Below are positions 11,502-21,960 of a DNA stretch of 64,000 nucleotides, in pieces. Origin of the DNA: Candidatus Cloacimonadales bacterium (GTDB lineage Bacteria > Cloacimonadota > Cloacimonadia > Cloacimonadales > JAIOQZ01); assembly GCA_963674825.1 (NCBI GenBank), contig OY771587.1, forward strand, positions 2,848,001-2,912,000. The letters run 5' to 3'. A program made the position numbers and the translations under genes. The stretch's first letter is position 1, and each line of letters begins with the position of its first letter. Below the pieces are notes generated by a model. It was not told the origin of the DNA, ran no database searches, and saw only the letters and a program-made list of their open reading frames with translations.

Positions 11502-13820
11502 TTGAAGAAATTTCTGACGCTAATCGTCATAATAGTAGCGGTTCAGCTTGCGGCGCAGACCTCCATGCCGTCGTTCTGGCACACCAATGAAGAAATTGGC
11601 CAGGAACTTCAGGCCTGGGCCGATACATACCCTGATATTGCACATTTTGAAATCATCGGATACTCTACCGAAGCTCCCTACCAGGAACCGATGCCGATCT
11701 ACGCACTCAAGATCTCCGATAACGCGGATATCGATGAAGACGAACCGGCTGTGTTTTTCGTAGGACAGTGTCATGCTGAAGAAGTGACCGGTGTAGAAAC
11801 CGTATTGTTTTACGCACAAAGATTGCTGCAGGGACAATCGCAGTATCCCTATAACCTCTTTATTGAGGAGCTCGAAACATGGTTTATTCCGACGATCAAT
11901 CCGGCTGGGCTGAACGTCGTGATGAATATGAACGACGTTTCCTACCGCAAGACGGTACGTGACAACAACGGTAACGGAATATTCGATTATATCGATATGC
12001 CGGGATTCGACCTGGACGGCGTAGATCTTAACCGCAATTACGATTTCTGCTGGATCCATGGTAAGACCCTCGCTGCGATCGACGATACCGAACGCTATGA
12101 TTACTACCGCGGTCCCGCTCCTTTCTCCGAAAGCGAAACGCAGGCAATCAGAAGTCTTGCCGATCAACAGCATTTTATATATGGTATCAACTTCCACGAC
12201 TCCCGTACAGGCAATTTCTCCCAGAAAGTCTTTTATCCTTGGGAATTCAAGGGTCAGGCTTCGCGCCGTAACCCCGATTACCTGATCTGCAAGCAGATTG
12301 GCGATAACGTGGCGGGTGAGATTGTTACCGAGACAGGTAGCGGAACCTACGAGCCTTCAGCATCGCAGGGACGTATCGGAAAATCGACTCAGTGGTTCTA
12401 CGCCGAATACGGCACCATTCAGCTTACGATTGAAGTGGCCGGGAATCAGCCAGATTCCACCCACATGATCGATACAGTGGGTAAGAATCACGAAGGCATC
12501 AAGTGGATGCTTATGCGCACGTTGAATGGCCATGCAGACATCAGCTCGATGCTTACCGGGCATGTTTATGATGCTGTAACGAATGAACCGCTGGTAGCGG
12601 AGATCGTCGTTGAGGAACGTCAGTCTGGTTATTTCACACCTCGTAAGAGCGATGAACTCTACGGTCGCTTCTGGAGACCTCTCGTGCAGGGTACCTACAC
12701 ACTGACGGTCAAGAAAAACGGCTATGAGACCAGCACCCAGTCGGTGGTTGTTAATCCCACCAGTTGGACAACTCGCAATGTCTATCTCCAGCCCCTGGCT
12801 CCGTCAGTCTATAATGGAACGATGGTATCAGGTAGCGAGCCGGTCGATGGACTGGTCATCGTTTATGATACCCAGAACGACACCATTGACGTGGTTGATG
12901 GCAACTTCACCATCAATTCCTGGACTGGTACCCGCAAGGTGATTTTCCGTGCCGACGGATACGCAACCTGCGTCGATGACGCATTCGAATTCGAAGCCGG
13001 TACTCACGGACTTAACATCGAACTATCACCGGCGGATGTCCTTTATCAGGAGGATTTCGAAGACGCCGAAAACCTTTCGCTCGATCTCGAAGGCCCGTGG
13101 CAGGTGATCGACGATATCGCCTGGATCGGAAATGCCCTCACGGATAGTTGGAATACAGAGACGGATCAGGATAGTTACTACGCGCCGAATTGCGACGTTT
13201 ATGTAACAACGCAGAACGCGATCTCGCTCAGTGGGCACGACCACTATAACCTTGAGTTTATGCAATACCTCTATACCGAAACGGATTGGGATTTCGTTCA
13301 TGTCGAAGTCTCGACCGACGGTGAAGAGTGGACTGAGCTTTGGAACGACAACGGAAAGCGCAACTGGTGGAACCGCGTTATTATCCCTCTGGATGAATAT
13401 GCCGGCGAATCGGTTTACCTGCGCTTCCATCTTACTGCTGATTCTCCTGACGCCGATTTAGTCGATCCGGGCTGGACAATCGATAACATCGTCGTTCACG
13501 GTGGCGATTACAACGTTGTTGGCGTCACAGGCGAAGATATCCCTGAAGTCGTCCGCATGCAGCTCAACCCGAACTACCCCAACCCGTTCAATCCGCAGAC
13601 GGTGTTCTCTTACACGATCCCGTCATCCGCGAAGACTGCGGAGATCAATGTATTCAACATCCGCGGTCAGCGCGTTGAGAAACTCGTGCTGGATAAAGAA
13701 GAGATGAGCCGCGGAACGGTTACCTGGGACGCTTCCTCGCAATCGAGCGGTATCTATTTCTATCGCCTCAGCGTGGACGGCAAGACGACCATGACACGAA
13801 AAGCATGTTTAATCAAATAG
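11502..13820 (+). CDS. M14 zinc carboxypeptidase with CTD
   Basis: HAEE (HxxE), GVDLNRNY, FSESET, FH motifs; CTD; TTG start after GGAGG. Confidence 0.85.
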   Translation: MKKFLTLIVIIVAVQLAAQTSMPSFWHTNEEIGQELQAWADTYPDIAHFEIIGYSTEAPYQEPMPIYALKISDNADIDEDEPAVFFVGQCHAEEVTGVETVLFYAQRLLQGQSQYPYNLFIEELETWFIPTINPAGLNVVMNMNDVSYRKTVRDNNGNGIFDYIDMPGFDLDGVDLNRNYDFCWIHGKTLAAIDDTERYDYYRGPAPFSESETQAIRSLADQQHFIYGINFHDSRTGNFSQKVFYPWEFKGQASRRNPDYLICKQIGDNVAGEIVTETGSGTYEPSASQGRIGKSTQWFYAEYGTIQLTIEVAGNQPDSTHMIDTVGKNHEGIKWMLMRTLNGHADISSMLTGHVYDAVTNEPLVAEIVVEERQSGYFTPRKSDELYGRFWRPLVQGTYTLTVKKNGYETSTQSVVVNPTSWTTRNVYLQPLAPSVYNGTMVSGSEPVDGLVIVYDTQNDTIDVVDGNFTINSWTGTRKVIFRADGYATCVDDAFEFEAGTHGLNIELSPADVLYQEDFEDAENLSLDLEGPWQVIDDIAWIGNALTDSWNTETDQDSYYAPNCDVYVTTQNAISLSGHDHYNLEFMQYLYTETDWDFVHVEVSTDGEEWTELWNDNGKRNWWNRVIIPLDEYAGESVYLRFHLTADSPDADLVDPGWTIDNIVVHGGDYNVVGVTGEDIPEVVRMQLNPNYPNPFNPQTVFSYTIPSSAKTAEINVFNIRGQRVEKLVLDKEEMSRGTVTWDASSQSSGIYFYRLSVDGKTTMTRKACLIK

Positions 13821-13836
13821 AACAACTGGAGGAATT

Positions 13837-16800
13837 ATGAAGAAATTATCGATCCTGCTGTTACTACTTACGCTGTCGGCTATCGCGTTTGCCGCACCCA
13901 CAATGGACATTGTGGAGAGTAGCGGAACCATTCAGGTTAGCTGCAGCTACCAGCAGGAATCTGCTGTAAATCATTACACCCAGCAAACCTTCGCAATCCC
14001 CGCTCAGAGCGTGGATGTCGATATCCAGTCGATGCAGATTGGAATCTACGACGAGCAGGGAAACCGGGTGGATGAATATCAGCAGATCCAATCCGAACGT
14101 GTCCAGATCGTGAACCAATTCACGATTCGCGAGATGCGTGGCTTTACCGTTCGTATCGAATCATCCAGAGACGAGAATGGTCTGGAAAGCCGTATTGACA
14201 ACCTGAGCTACACATTGCATCCCAATGGAAGCATTGAACCTGCTCAGACAATCTCGGAAGCATACGAGCCCGTTTATAAGGAAATTGCTCTCAACTACGA
14301 GACATCTTACCTTCGTAGCCTGCCTTATCAGAAACCTTCGATGCTCATCCTCACACACTCCGATTTGCTTACAACAATGGAGCCGTATTTTACCTGGAAG
14401 AAATCACTCGGTTTCGACGTCAATGTCGAGACAATCTCCAATATATCTACTGACGCGAATCAGATCAAATCCTGGATCGCCAACTACTACCACAGCTCGG
14501 AAAATCCTCCGGAGTATCTGATCCTCGTTGGCGATGTAGTTGGACTCTATACAATCCCTTCATTCTATATCAGCTCCGAAAACGACGTGACCGACCTTCC
14601 GTTCACACTCGTTGACGGTGACGACTATTTCCCGGAGATGATCGTGGGACGTATGTCGATCGAAGATACAGAAGACCTCGCAGTCATTCTAAAAAAGACC
14701 TATATGTACGAAAGCGCTCCATACATGGAAGATACCAGCTGGATGAAACGTGCGCTGGTCGTTGCCGGTAACTACGGTGAAGGCACCGTTCCGGTAACTC
14801 CGGTTCTTATGTCCAGATGGCTTGCCGATCAGTTCCGTGGCCACGGCTATACGACGGTCGATACTGTTTATTATCCGCCGACTGCCAATGGTGCTCCTTA
14901 TATCACCAACAGCATCAACGCCGGTGTTCAATTTGCCAGCTATCGTGGATGGGGTGCATCGAATGGATGGCACTATCCTCGTTTCCACACCGATGACCTC
15001 GGTGGACTGACCAATGGCTACATGATGCCTGTCGTAACCTCGGTTGTTTGTGACACAGGCGATTTCGCTCACACTTCCAATGGTAATTCATGCTTTGGTG
15101 AAGCCTGGATGCGTCTCGGAACAAGTCTTCAACCGCAAGGTTGTGTCGCGTTCATGGGTCCGTCCGATCTTCATACAAGCACCGAGAACAACAATGCGGT
15201 TGCTTCAGGATTCTATCATGGTATCCTTGATGAAAACATCCGCTCGTTCGGTTCTGCTGTGCTTCGCGGAAAATGGGAGCTTTACGATAACTATCCGAAC
15301 GATCTCGAGACCGGCGGCGTTGTCGAATTCTATTTCCACGTGTACAACATCCTTTCCGATCCGTCTCTCAGAATGTGGGTCAAGGTTCCGGTCACTCCGA
15401 CTGCAGACCTACCGAGTCAGATCGAGCAGGGTACGAACTACCTCTCGCTTTATCTACCGGACTGGAATGGCGCGATTATCACAGCGACATCCGATGGCGA
15501 AAACTACACTTTCTCACGCGTTTATGACGACTACACGTTCCTCTATATCGACAGCGAAAATGTGGGCAACCTGACCATCACGCTTTCCCGCAAGAACGCT
15601 GTGCCGTACGTCGCAACGATCCCGATCGTCGATTCCGACGATATCGGCGTAACCGATTTCTCGCTGACCAACGTTTATGCTGGCGAGAACGCCAATCTGA
15701 CACTTACCGCAAAGAACTTCAGCGACGCTGAGATTGCAAACGTGACTGCGAGCGTCAGTTCCGATTCACCGTACTTCATCGATAACAGCGATACCTGGGA
15801 CTTCGGCAGCATCGGCTCCGGCTCTGCCGTTACCGCGACTGCTACCTTTGGGATCGCTACCGATTGCCCGTACGGCGAAGTTATCGAACTTGTTGTCGAT
15901 TTCTCTACCGGAGATCAATCGAAGCTGGTTACAAGCGTTGGCGGACTGCTCTTCGACGTTACATCTGTGACACCGGCTGACGATGGCTTCCTCAGCCCGG
16001 GCGAGACGACCAACATCACCATCGAGCTTACCAATGTCAGCACGATGGACGCTTCTGGCGTTACAGCCATGGTTACACCTTCGACCGATGCGGTAACAGT
16101 TAATACAGGCACCGTGACATTCGGCGACATCGCTTCCGGCTCGACCGGTTCCGCGACAATCGAAGTGACTGCCGGCGAAAACGCATATCCCGGACGCGAA
16201 GTTCGCTTCCTGCTTCAATTTGAAGATACTACTGGACGCGAGAACTTCTCCTATGCTTACACAACGATCGGACCAGTCGATCAGACAGCTCCGACCGGAC
16301 CTGATGCTTACGGATATTACGCATACGATAACAACGATACTGGTTACGAAGTAGCCGCACCTACCTACCAGTGGCATACAATCGATCCGAACGATGGCGG
16401 AAACGGTACTGTATTCCTTTGGACCGACGACGCCTCTCATTCTGTCGATCTGCCTTTCGACTTCCGTTTCTACGGACAGGATTTCGATGAGATCACCATC
16501 TGTTCGAACGGCTGGATTTCGATGGGACACACTTGGATGGCTAACTTCCGTAACTGGAATATTCCGGCTGCGCTTGGTCCCAAGAACCTTATCGCCGCCT
16601 ATTGGGATGACCTCAAAGGTTGGGTCAACGACGATACCGGTGATATCTCCAATATGCGTGTTGTGTACTACTACGACTCGGCGAACGATCAGTTCATCGT
16701 GCAGTGGAATGATGCCTACAACCAGCATAACAACACCTCTATCGAGAAGTTCGAAGTTGTGTTGATTCCTCGTGACAATCATGATGGCGACATCATTATC

Positions 16801-17286
16801 AACTATCAGCTGGCAGATAATCCCGATCAGGACGGCAACTACTGTACTGTCGGTATCGAAAGCAACGACCACGAAGCGGGTCTGTGCTACAGCTATGCGA
16901 ATGTATATCCCGCGACAGCGACACCGCTTTCGAACGAACTCTCCATTCTCTTCACAACCGATGCACCGGACGAGTATGTCGCTGTTGGCGATCCTACCGT
17001 CCCGTACAACGAGGTTGTGCTGCACCAGAATCATCCGAATCCGTTCAACCCGGAAACGACCATCGAGTTCTCGCTTCCCGAGAAATCACAAGTGAAGCTC
17101 GAAGTTTACAACATCCGTGGTCAGAAGGTGAAAACGCTGGTCAGCAATCATCTCGAAGCCGGTAACCACAAGGTGACCTGGCAGGGTAAAGATGACAGCA
17201 ATCGTGAAGTTGGTTCCGGCCTGTACCTTTACAAGCTGGCAGTGGCTGAGCACGTAAGCGTCAAGAAGATGCTGCTACTGAAATAA
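13837..17286 (+). CDS. C25 (gingipain-like) peptidase family protein with CTD
   Basis: YLILVGD, D.YFPEMIVGR, TSVVCDTG, YNILSDP motifs; CTD. Expected GHG motif reads GWG. Confidence 0.8.
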   Translation: MKKLSILLLLLTLSAIAFAAPTMDIVESSGTIQVSCSYQQESAVNHYTQQTFAIPAQSVDVDIQSMQIGIYDEQGNRVDEYQQIQSERVQIVNQFTIREMRGFTVRIESSRDENGLESRIDNLSYTLHPNGSIEPAQTISEAYEPVYKEIALNYETSYLRSLPYQKPSMLILTHSDLLTTMEPYFTWKKSLGFDVNVETISNISTDANQIKSWIANYYHSSENPPEYLILVGDVVGLYTIPSFYISSENDVTDLPFTLVDGDDYFPEMIVGRMSIEDTEDLAVILKKTYMYESAPYMEDTSWMKRALVVAGNYGEGTVPVTPVLMSRWLADQFRGHGYTTVDTVYYPPTANGAPYITNSINAGVQFASYRGWGASNGWHYPRFHTDDLGGLTNGYMMPVVTSVVCDTGDFAHTSNGNSCFGEAWMRLGTSLQPQGCVAFMGPSDLHTSTENNNAVASGFYHGILDENIRSFGSAVLRGKWELYDNYPNDLETGGVVEFYFHVYNILSDPSLRMWVKVPVTPTADLPSQIEQGTNYLSLYLPDWNGAIITATSDGENYTFSRVYDDYTFLYIDSENVGNLTITLSRKNAVPYVATIPIVDSDDIGVTDFSLTNVYAGENANLTLTAKNFSDAEIANVTASVSSDSPYFIDNSDTWDFGSIGSGSAVTATATFGIATDCPYGEVIELVVDFSTGDQSKLVTSVGGLLFDVTSVTPADDGFLSPGETTNITIELTNVSTMDASGVTAMVTPSTDAVTVNTGTVTFGDIASGSTGSATIEVTAGENAYPGREVRFLLQFEDTTGRENFSYAYTTIGPVDQTAPTGPDAYGYYAYDNNDTGYEVAAPTYQWHTIDPNDGGNGTVFLWTDDASHSVDLPFDFRFYGQDFDEITICSNGWISMGHTWMANFRNWNIPAALGPKNLIAAYWDDLKGWVNDDTGDISNMRVVYYYDSANDQFIVQWNDAYNQHNNTSIEKFEVVLIPRDNHDGDIIINYQLADNPDQDGNYCTVGIESNDHEAGLCYSYANVYPATATPLSNELSILFTTDAPDEYVAVGDPTVPYNEVVLHQNHPNPFNPETTIEFSLPEKSQVKLEVYNIRGQKVKTLVSNHLEAGNHKVTWQGKDDSNREVGSGLYLYKLAVAEHVSVKKMLLLK

Positions 17287-17332
17287 CACTTGGAGTCAGG
17301 TGCCTGGAGACAGGAGCCTGAATACAATATCG

Positions 17333-17368
17333 AAAGCCGCTCATCATCTGATGGGCGGTTTTTTATTT
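17333..17368 (+). terminator. Rho-independent terminator
   Basis: AAAGCCGCTCATCA-TC-TGATGGGCGGTTTTTT. Confidence 0.8.
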
Positions 17369-17421
17369 TGGGAATGCAGGAGTGAGAAGAGCAGGCAAGG
17401 GTGCATGCGTTCCATAAGAGA

Positions 17422-17448
17422 AGGGTAATCACCGTGGATTGCCCCTAC
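17422..17448 (-). repeat. GTAG-type REP-like palindrome
   Basis: Reverse complement GTAG-GGGCAATC-CACGGT-GATTACCC-T, a GTAG tetranucleotide followed by a hairpin. Confidence 0.5.
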
Positions 17449-17717
17449 AGCCCCTGGGTACGCAAAGCTCCAGCTCCGCATCTCTTTTCCCTTGGAGCGC
17501 CAAGCCCTGTGATTTTCAGACGTAGTCTGATAAATCGAATCTTCAATAGCTTGGCATTCCCCCCCCTCTTTCTCTTTATTAACCGACTACAACCCATTTA
17601 GAACAGCCTCACCGTGTTCGCCACATTTAGAAGGTGATTTCATTGAATTGTAGGCATGGAGAAGGGAAGACACCATGTCTGCTGCAACAAGTGAATTGCC
17701 AATGGTAGGTATTGCAT

Positions 17718-17763
17718 AAAAAAAAGGATTCACCGGCCATGAACTGGTTAAGCCGGCGAATCC
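17718..17763 (-). terminator. Terminator of the GntR-ABC operon
   Basis: GGATTCACCGGC...GCCGGCGAATCC stem with an adjacent A-run (U-tract on minus). Confidence 0.6.
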
Positions 17764-17787
17764 GGATCAGGTTAGGAGGACCTGAAA

Positions 17788-18516
17788 TTAGATCGAAACT
17801 TCCTGCGGTGAAGAGTTGATGATTACCGTTCCAATCCCAGTCGAGAGGTCGATATCAATCTTCTTCACACCTTCTTCTTTGAACAGGTCGTTCACATAAA
17901 CACCATCTTCGGTTTCGTAGAGTCCGTCGATATCAATATCGCCCAGTCCGCGATCTACTTCGACACGTATCCCCATATCACCGGGGAGCTTGATCTTGAC
18001 TTCACCGATTCCAGTGTTGATTTCTGCATAGATGTCGTTCTTGTAAGAGCCGGACAGATCAATATACGTCTCACCAACGCCAAGGTTTAAATTCAGAGCA
18101 TAGACGTTTGCCTCGGATAGATCGATATTTGATTCACCAACACCGCATTCAATCGAAAGATCGAGCGCGACCTCTTTGTTGAGTGAAAGTTCCCATTCGC
18201 TATAGGCCTTCTTCATGTGCGTTTCTCCGCCAACGTGCTGGAGATCGAGGAAGTAGCCTTCATCGGATTTCTCCAGGCTGTACTCGGGTTTCAACGCTTC
18301 ATTATTCCAGGCAAAACTTGCCTCTGCGAGTTTCTCCGTTTCGGAATCGATATCCAGTTTACCGATGCCGAATTCAATCGAAACATCGAGCGGTTTGACT
18401 CCATCCATATCGAAGGAGACGTCCTTACGTTCGGCTTCCGACATATCGGTGTCGTAACATCCGAACAACGTGATCAGAATCGTTAAAAGAATCAGAACAT
18501 AGCCTGTCTTTCTCAT
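17788..18516 (-). CDS. Lipoprotein, toast-rack/DUF2154-like adhesin domain
   Basis: Lipobox LFGC; repeated G(V/I)GE-x-x-IDLS motifs. Confidence 0.7.
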   Translation of the reverse strand: MRKTGYVLILLTILITLFGCYDTDMSEAERKDVSFDMDGVKPLDVSIEFGIGKLDIDSETEKLAEASFAWNNEALKPEYSLEKSDEGYFLDLQHVGGETHMKKAYSEWELSLNKEVALDLSIECGVGESNIDLSEANVYALNLNLGVGETYIDLSGSYKNDIYAEINTGIGEVKIKLPGDMGIRVEVDRGLGDIDIDGLYETEDGVYVNDLFKEEGVKKIDIDLSTGIGTVIINSSPQEVSI

Positions 18517-18530
18517 TTGGTCCTCCCTTG

Positions 18531-19367
18531 TTATTTAACTTCCTTCATTTTGTACAGATAGCTGCCGATTACATATGTGGCGCTAGCGAAGACGATTTTC
18601 CAAAGATGTTCAAGCCTGAAAAGCATGCTCCAGTTCATTGCAGTCACAAGGCTTATATCCATCTTGTTGATTTTGAAGAGAAATTTGCCCAGATGCAGTA
18701 CGGGCTGCGGGATATGCCACCCGAAAAGAACATTGATAATCGCGATAAGCGCAGTGGCGATCAGGATAATCCCCAGACCTTTGGCGAAGGCCTTGTCCTT
18801 GAAGATCGCGGAACAGAGGTAGCTGAAGCTTCCGGCAACCAGAATGATCAGCGACATCTCGACATACCCCATTATCATGCCCTTGAAGGCAATCCACAGG
18901 TTGTACGAGCCGATGACCATGTAGCCCATGATGATGCTGAGAATGAACAAACCGAATGTTGCCACAAACAGCACGGCCAGATTTCCGCCGATCGTAACCA
19001 GATAGCGCGACGCGGTTACTTTCCAGAGCGATACCGGCTGAATACGGTAGAACACGTCGCAATGCTTCTGCGAATCGTTGTTCAATGCACCGCTGGCGAG
19101 CGCAATAGCGAAGATAAGCGCCAGCAAGCCGGGGAAGTTGGCCAGCATGATATTGTACAGGAAGATGCCTGTGTCGAGCGGTTCGCCCACGTCATCCAGA
19201 ACTCCGTGCAACTCGAAGATATTAAATTCGAAGCCATGATAGAAGTAAGCGGTAATGGACAGGGCAACGGTGAGGATCAGCATTCCGGCCGTGATCCAGA
19301 TAGTCAGCATAGCTGTCCTGCGCGAGAGGATCCAGTCTTTTTTAACGAGCCCTATGAAGTTATTCAT
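18531..19367 (-). CDS. ABC-2 type permease
   Basis: Six-TM pattern with PVS motif, downstream of the ABC ATPase. Confidence 0.7.
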   Translation of the reverse strand: MNNFIGLVKKDWILSRRTAMLTIWITAGMLILTVALSITAYFYHGFEFNIFELHGVLDDVGEPLDTGIFLYNIMLANFPGLLALIFAIALASGALNNDSQKHCDVFYRIQPVSLWKVTASRYLVTIGGNLAVLFVATFGLFILSIIMGYMVIGSYNLWIAFKGMIMGYVEMSLIILVAGSFSYLCSAIFKDKAFAKGLGIILIATALIAIINVLFGWHIPQPVLHLGKFLFKINKMDISLVTAMNWSMLFRLEHLWKIVFASATYVIGSYLYKMKEVK

Positions 19368-20205
19368 TGTTACCTCCCGTTTCCGACATAAAGAGGTCTG
19401 ACAGCCCGGGCCGTTCATATTCTGCACCTTCGATCTCCACATCGTTACCTACGATCGCCGAGATCCTGCCCAGTGTATAATTGACCTGTTTCGGGTTTGC
19501 TGCTAGTAGTTCCGACCGTTGGTCAACCGGTACGCTGACCATTTTAAACCGATCTTTCAATGCATCCACGTCTTCATGCAAAAGCACCTTACCATTATCG
19601 ATAAAGATGATTTCCTGTAATATCTGCTCCACTTCTTCCACCTGGTGTGTGGAGATGAGGATGGTCTTGTTTTCATCGAAGTACTCACCCAAAATGGTGT
19701 TGAAGAATTCCTTGCGGAATACGATATCCAAGCCAAGTGTCGGTTCGTCCAAAATCAGGAGATCTACGTCCAGTGAGAGGGTAACCAGCAGGTAGAGCTT
19801 GGTCTTCATACCCTTAGAGAGCTTCGAAACCTTCTGCTTGGGCGAGAGTCCGCTCTTGGCAAGCAGGTTGAGTGCCGTTGATTCTTTCCATCGCGGGTTT
19901 TGCGAGGCGACGAATTGCAGCGTCTGCTCCACAGTCAGCCGGTCGTCCAATCCGTTCACGTCGGGAATGAAGGCGATACGCTCGAACAGCTTGTGCTTCA
20001 TCGCTTGCACGGGCTCGCCATCGAAGAATATCTCACCCTCGTAGTGCAGAAGCCCCAGCATCGATCGCATAAGCGTTGTCTTACCCGCGCCGTTCTTGCC
20101 CAGTAGCCCGATGATCTTGCCGCGTGGGATCTGCAGGTTGACGTCTTTCAGCGCTTCGAATTTGCCGTAGCGCTTACTCACGTTACGTATTTCCATCAAA
20201 CTCAT
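19360..20205 (-). CDS. ABC transporter ATP-binding protein
   Basis: GKNGAGKTT, LSKGM, LILDEPT, STH. Confidence 0.9.
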   Translation of the reverse strand: MSLMEIRNVSKRYGKFEALKDVNLQIPRGKIIGLLGKNGAGKTTLMRSMLGLLHYEGEIFFDGEPVQAMKHKLFERIAFIPDVNGLDDRLTVEQTLQFVASQNPRWKESTALNLLAKSGLSPKQKVSKLSKGMKTKLYLLVTLSLDVDLLILDEPTLGLDIVFRKEFFNTILGEYFDENKTILISTHQVEEVEQILQEIIFIDNGKVLLHEDVDALKDRFKMVSVPVDQRSELLAANPKQVNYTLGRISAIVGNDVEIEGAEYERPGLSDLFMSETGGNNE

Positions 20206-20206
20206 G

Positions 20207-20581
20207 TCATTCCCCCTTTTGCGTATAAACGGATTCGACCGCGTCGATGAACTCATCCCGCGTGACACCCAGTTGTTTGCCCTTACGAATCGTCTGTTCC
20301 ATTTCGTTTGTACGGAAATCGGCGATCTTCTTCTTCTGAAGCAGCTCTTGCGCTTCCTTCTCGACGAAGAAACCGATTCCTCTCTTTTTGTAGATCACGC
20401 CCTCATTAACCAGTTCACTGAGAGCATTCGATACTGTCTGCGGATTCAGCCTGTATTGCTGTGCCAGCGTCCTGATCGATGGAATCATCTCATCCTCCTT
20501 AACCGATCCCAGGATAATCGCCTTCTCTATCTCCTCCCTGAGCTGAAGATAGATGGGTACGTTATCGTCGAACTTTTTCAT
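20207..20581 (-). CDS. GntR family (YtrA-like) regulator
   Basis: PIYLQL...IPSIRTLA...NPQTV...RGIGFFV. Confidence 0.9.
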   Translation of the reverse strand: MKKFDDNVPIYLQLREEIEKAIILGSVKEDEMIPSIRTLAQQYRLNPQTVSNALSELVNEGVIYKKRGIGFFVEKEAQELLQKKKIADFRTNEMEQTIRKGKQLGVTRDEFIDAVESVYTQKGE

Positions 20582-20595
20582 TGGCACCCCCTTTG

Positions 20596-20638
20596 GTGTT
20601 ACGGTGACATAGAACACCAATAATGTAACACTGTCAAG
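20596..20638 (-). promoter_or_regulatory. GntR operon promoter with palindromic operator
   Basis: TTGACA on minus plus GTGTT...AACAC palindrome upstream of the RBS. Confidence 0.5.
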
Positions 20639-20691
20639 ATCAATATGCAAATTTTGTTTTTTATTTTTTTGGGAGAGCTTCATGGATGTGC

Positions 20692-21038
20692 TGTCTCACC
20701 CTTTTTGGCAAAAAGTATCACTTTTCGTGGCAAATTGTATCACGATGCTGGCAAGTCTTGCCACGAGCGTGATACCAGATATCAGCGTGTTTCGCGGTTA
20801 TCTTTATGCAACGACGAGAGGTTAGCGGGAGAGTATCAAGATAATGGCAAATTCTCGCCATTATCCTGAGAACGAATCGGACAGAAAATGGTCTCACATC
20901 CTTTCTAAGCCTGCATTTCGGTCATGTTCTCACTTTCTTGGCAAGCTCTTGCCAAATTCGTGGCATCGTTTTTGGGCTGATTTGAAGCCTAATGATTGCG
21001 GTCACTGCTGTTAAATGTGAGTATCAAGATGATGGCAT
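20692..21038. repeat. Putative transposase-binding sites at the tail-proximal end
   Basis: GT(A/C)TCAC-N5/6-TGGCAA at 20693, 20715, 20737 (22-bp period), inverted at 20758-20775, variants at 20833, 20855 (inverted), 20927 and 21021. Confidence 0.75.
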
Positions 21039-21086
21039 AAAGAATGGCCTGAATCAGTCGACTCAGGCCTGCAATATTCGAATATT

Positions 21087-21563
21087 CTACTTATCACCGC
21101 TCCAGACATACAGCTTCCCGCCGTATGCGACGACCTCCCCGATGACGCCCTCTTCAGGTAGCTCCGTGACCTCCGCGATGATGTCGGTGGTCTCGAGCTT
21201 GATATCTCCCTCCAGCGCGTGACCGTTGATCTTGGTGCGGGTCTCAACCTTGGCAGCGAGAGCCGTGGTGAGTCCGGATATCTTGCTCTGCGCCAGCGTC
21301 GGGATGCGGTCAGCGGCGAGGGTGCCGGTAGCGATTTTGGCGGCATCGAGGTCTGGTACTCGATCCACGACGAAGACGCCGGTGGTGATCTTGGAGGCGT
21401 CGAGGTCGGGGATCTGGCTCGCTTCGAGTACGCCCGTGATGTTGCCCGGCTCGATCTGCGGGATTTGCGTTGTGGTCAGCTTGCCTGATTCGTCGAGTTG
21501 CGCGATACCATTGGCGACGCCGAGTTGCCCGGAGTCGAGGATTTCCTGCCATGTGCCAGCCAT
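21087..21563 (-). CDS. Phage tail-fibre-repeat protein
   Basis: ~18-aa repeats IPDLDASKITTG / VPDLDAAKIATG / IPTLAQSKISG; KINGHAL.GDI motif. Confidence 0.6.
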   Translation of the reverse strand: MAGTWQEILDSGQLGVANGIAQLDESGKLTTTQIPQIEPGNITGVLEASQIPDLDASKITTGVFVVDRVPDLDAAKIATGTLAADRIPTLAQSKISGLTTALAAKVETRTKINGHALEGDIKLETTDIIAEVTELPEEGVIGEVVAYGGKLYVWSGDK

Positions 21564-21721
21564 TACGCCTCCTTCGCTTCACGCTCGAGTCGACCGAGCA
21601 GCAGCAATGCGCCTTCGGTCTTGAGCAGCTTTTCGCGGGATTCCTGGATGAGTCTCTGGAGCCGCTCATACTCGTGCGTCAGCTCCAGTTTCGTGGTTTG
21701 GTAGAGTTCAGTTTGCGTCAT
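21563..21721 (-). CDS. Small coiled-coil phage protein (52 aa)
   Basis: Manual translation MTQTELYQTTKLELTHEYERLQRLIQESREKLLKTEGALLLLGRLEREAKEA; AAGGAG RBS; overlaps both neighbours; below ORF-track cutoff. Confidence 0.65.
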   Translation of the reverse strand: MTQTELYQTTKLELTHEYERLQRLIQESREKLLKTEGALLLLGRLEREAKEA

Positions 21722-21960
21722 TCGTTCTCCTTATATATGTAGGGTTTTCCGTTCTTGATGAACACCTGCCCCGGCTTGGCGTCCGGAGGGAAATCCGTGC
21801 CGCTCAGCACGAGATTCTCGTCGTGAATCCCGAGGTCTTCCTTCTCATCGACCGTCGAGTAAATCGGCTTCACGAAGGCGATATCGCGGTCGGTGGAGAC
21901 CGTCGGTTTGGTCTTGCGGTTCAACAGATCCCAAACGCTGTTCTGGCGAATCGTGTTCAC
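21718..21960 (-). CDS. Hypothetical phage protein
   Basis: Coupled start/stop overlaps with neighbours in the tail operon. Confidence 0.6.
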   Translation of the reverse strand: MNTIRQNSVWDLLNRKTKPTVSTDRDIAFVKPIYSTVDEKEDLGIHDENLVLSGTDFPPDAKPGQVFIKNGKPYIYKENE

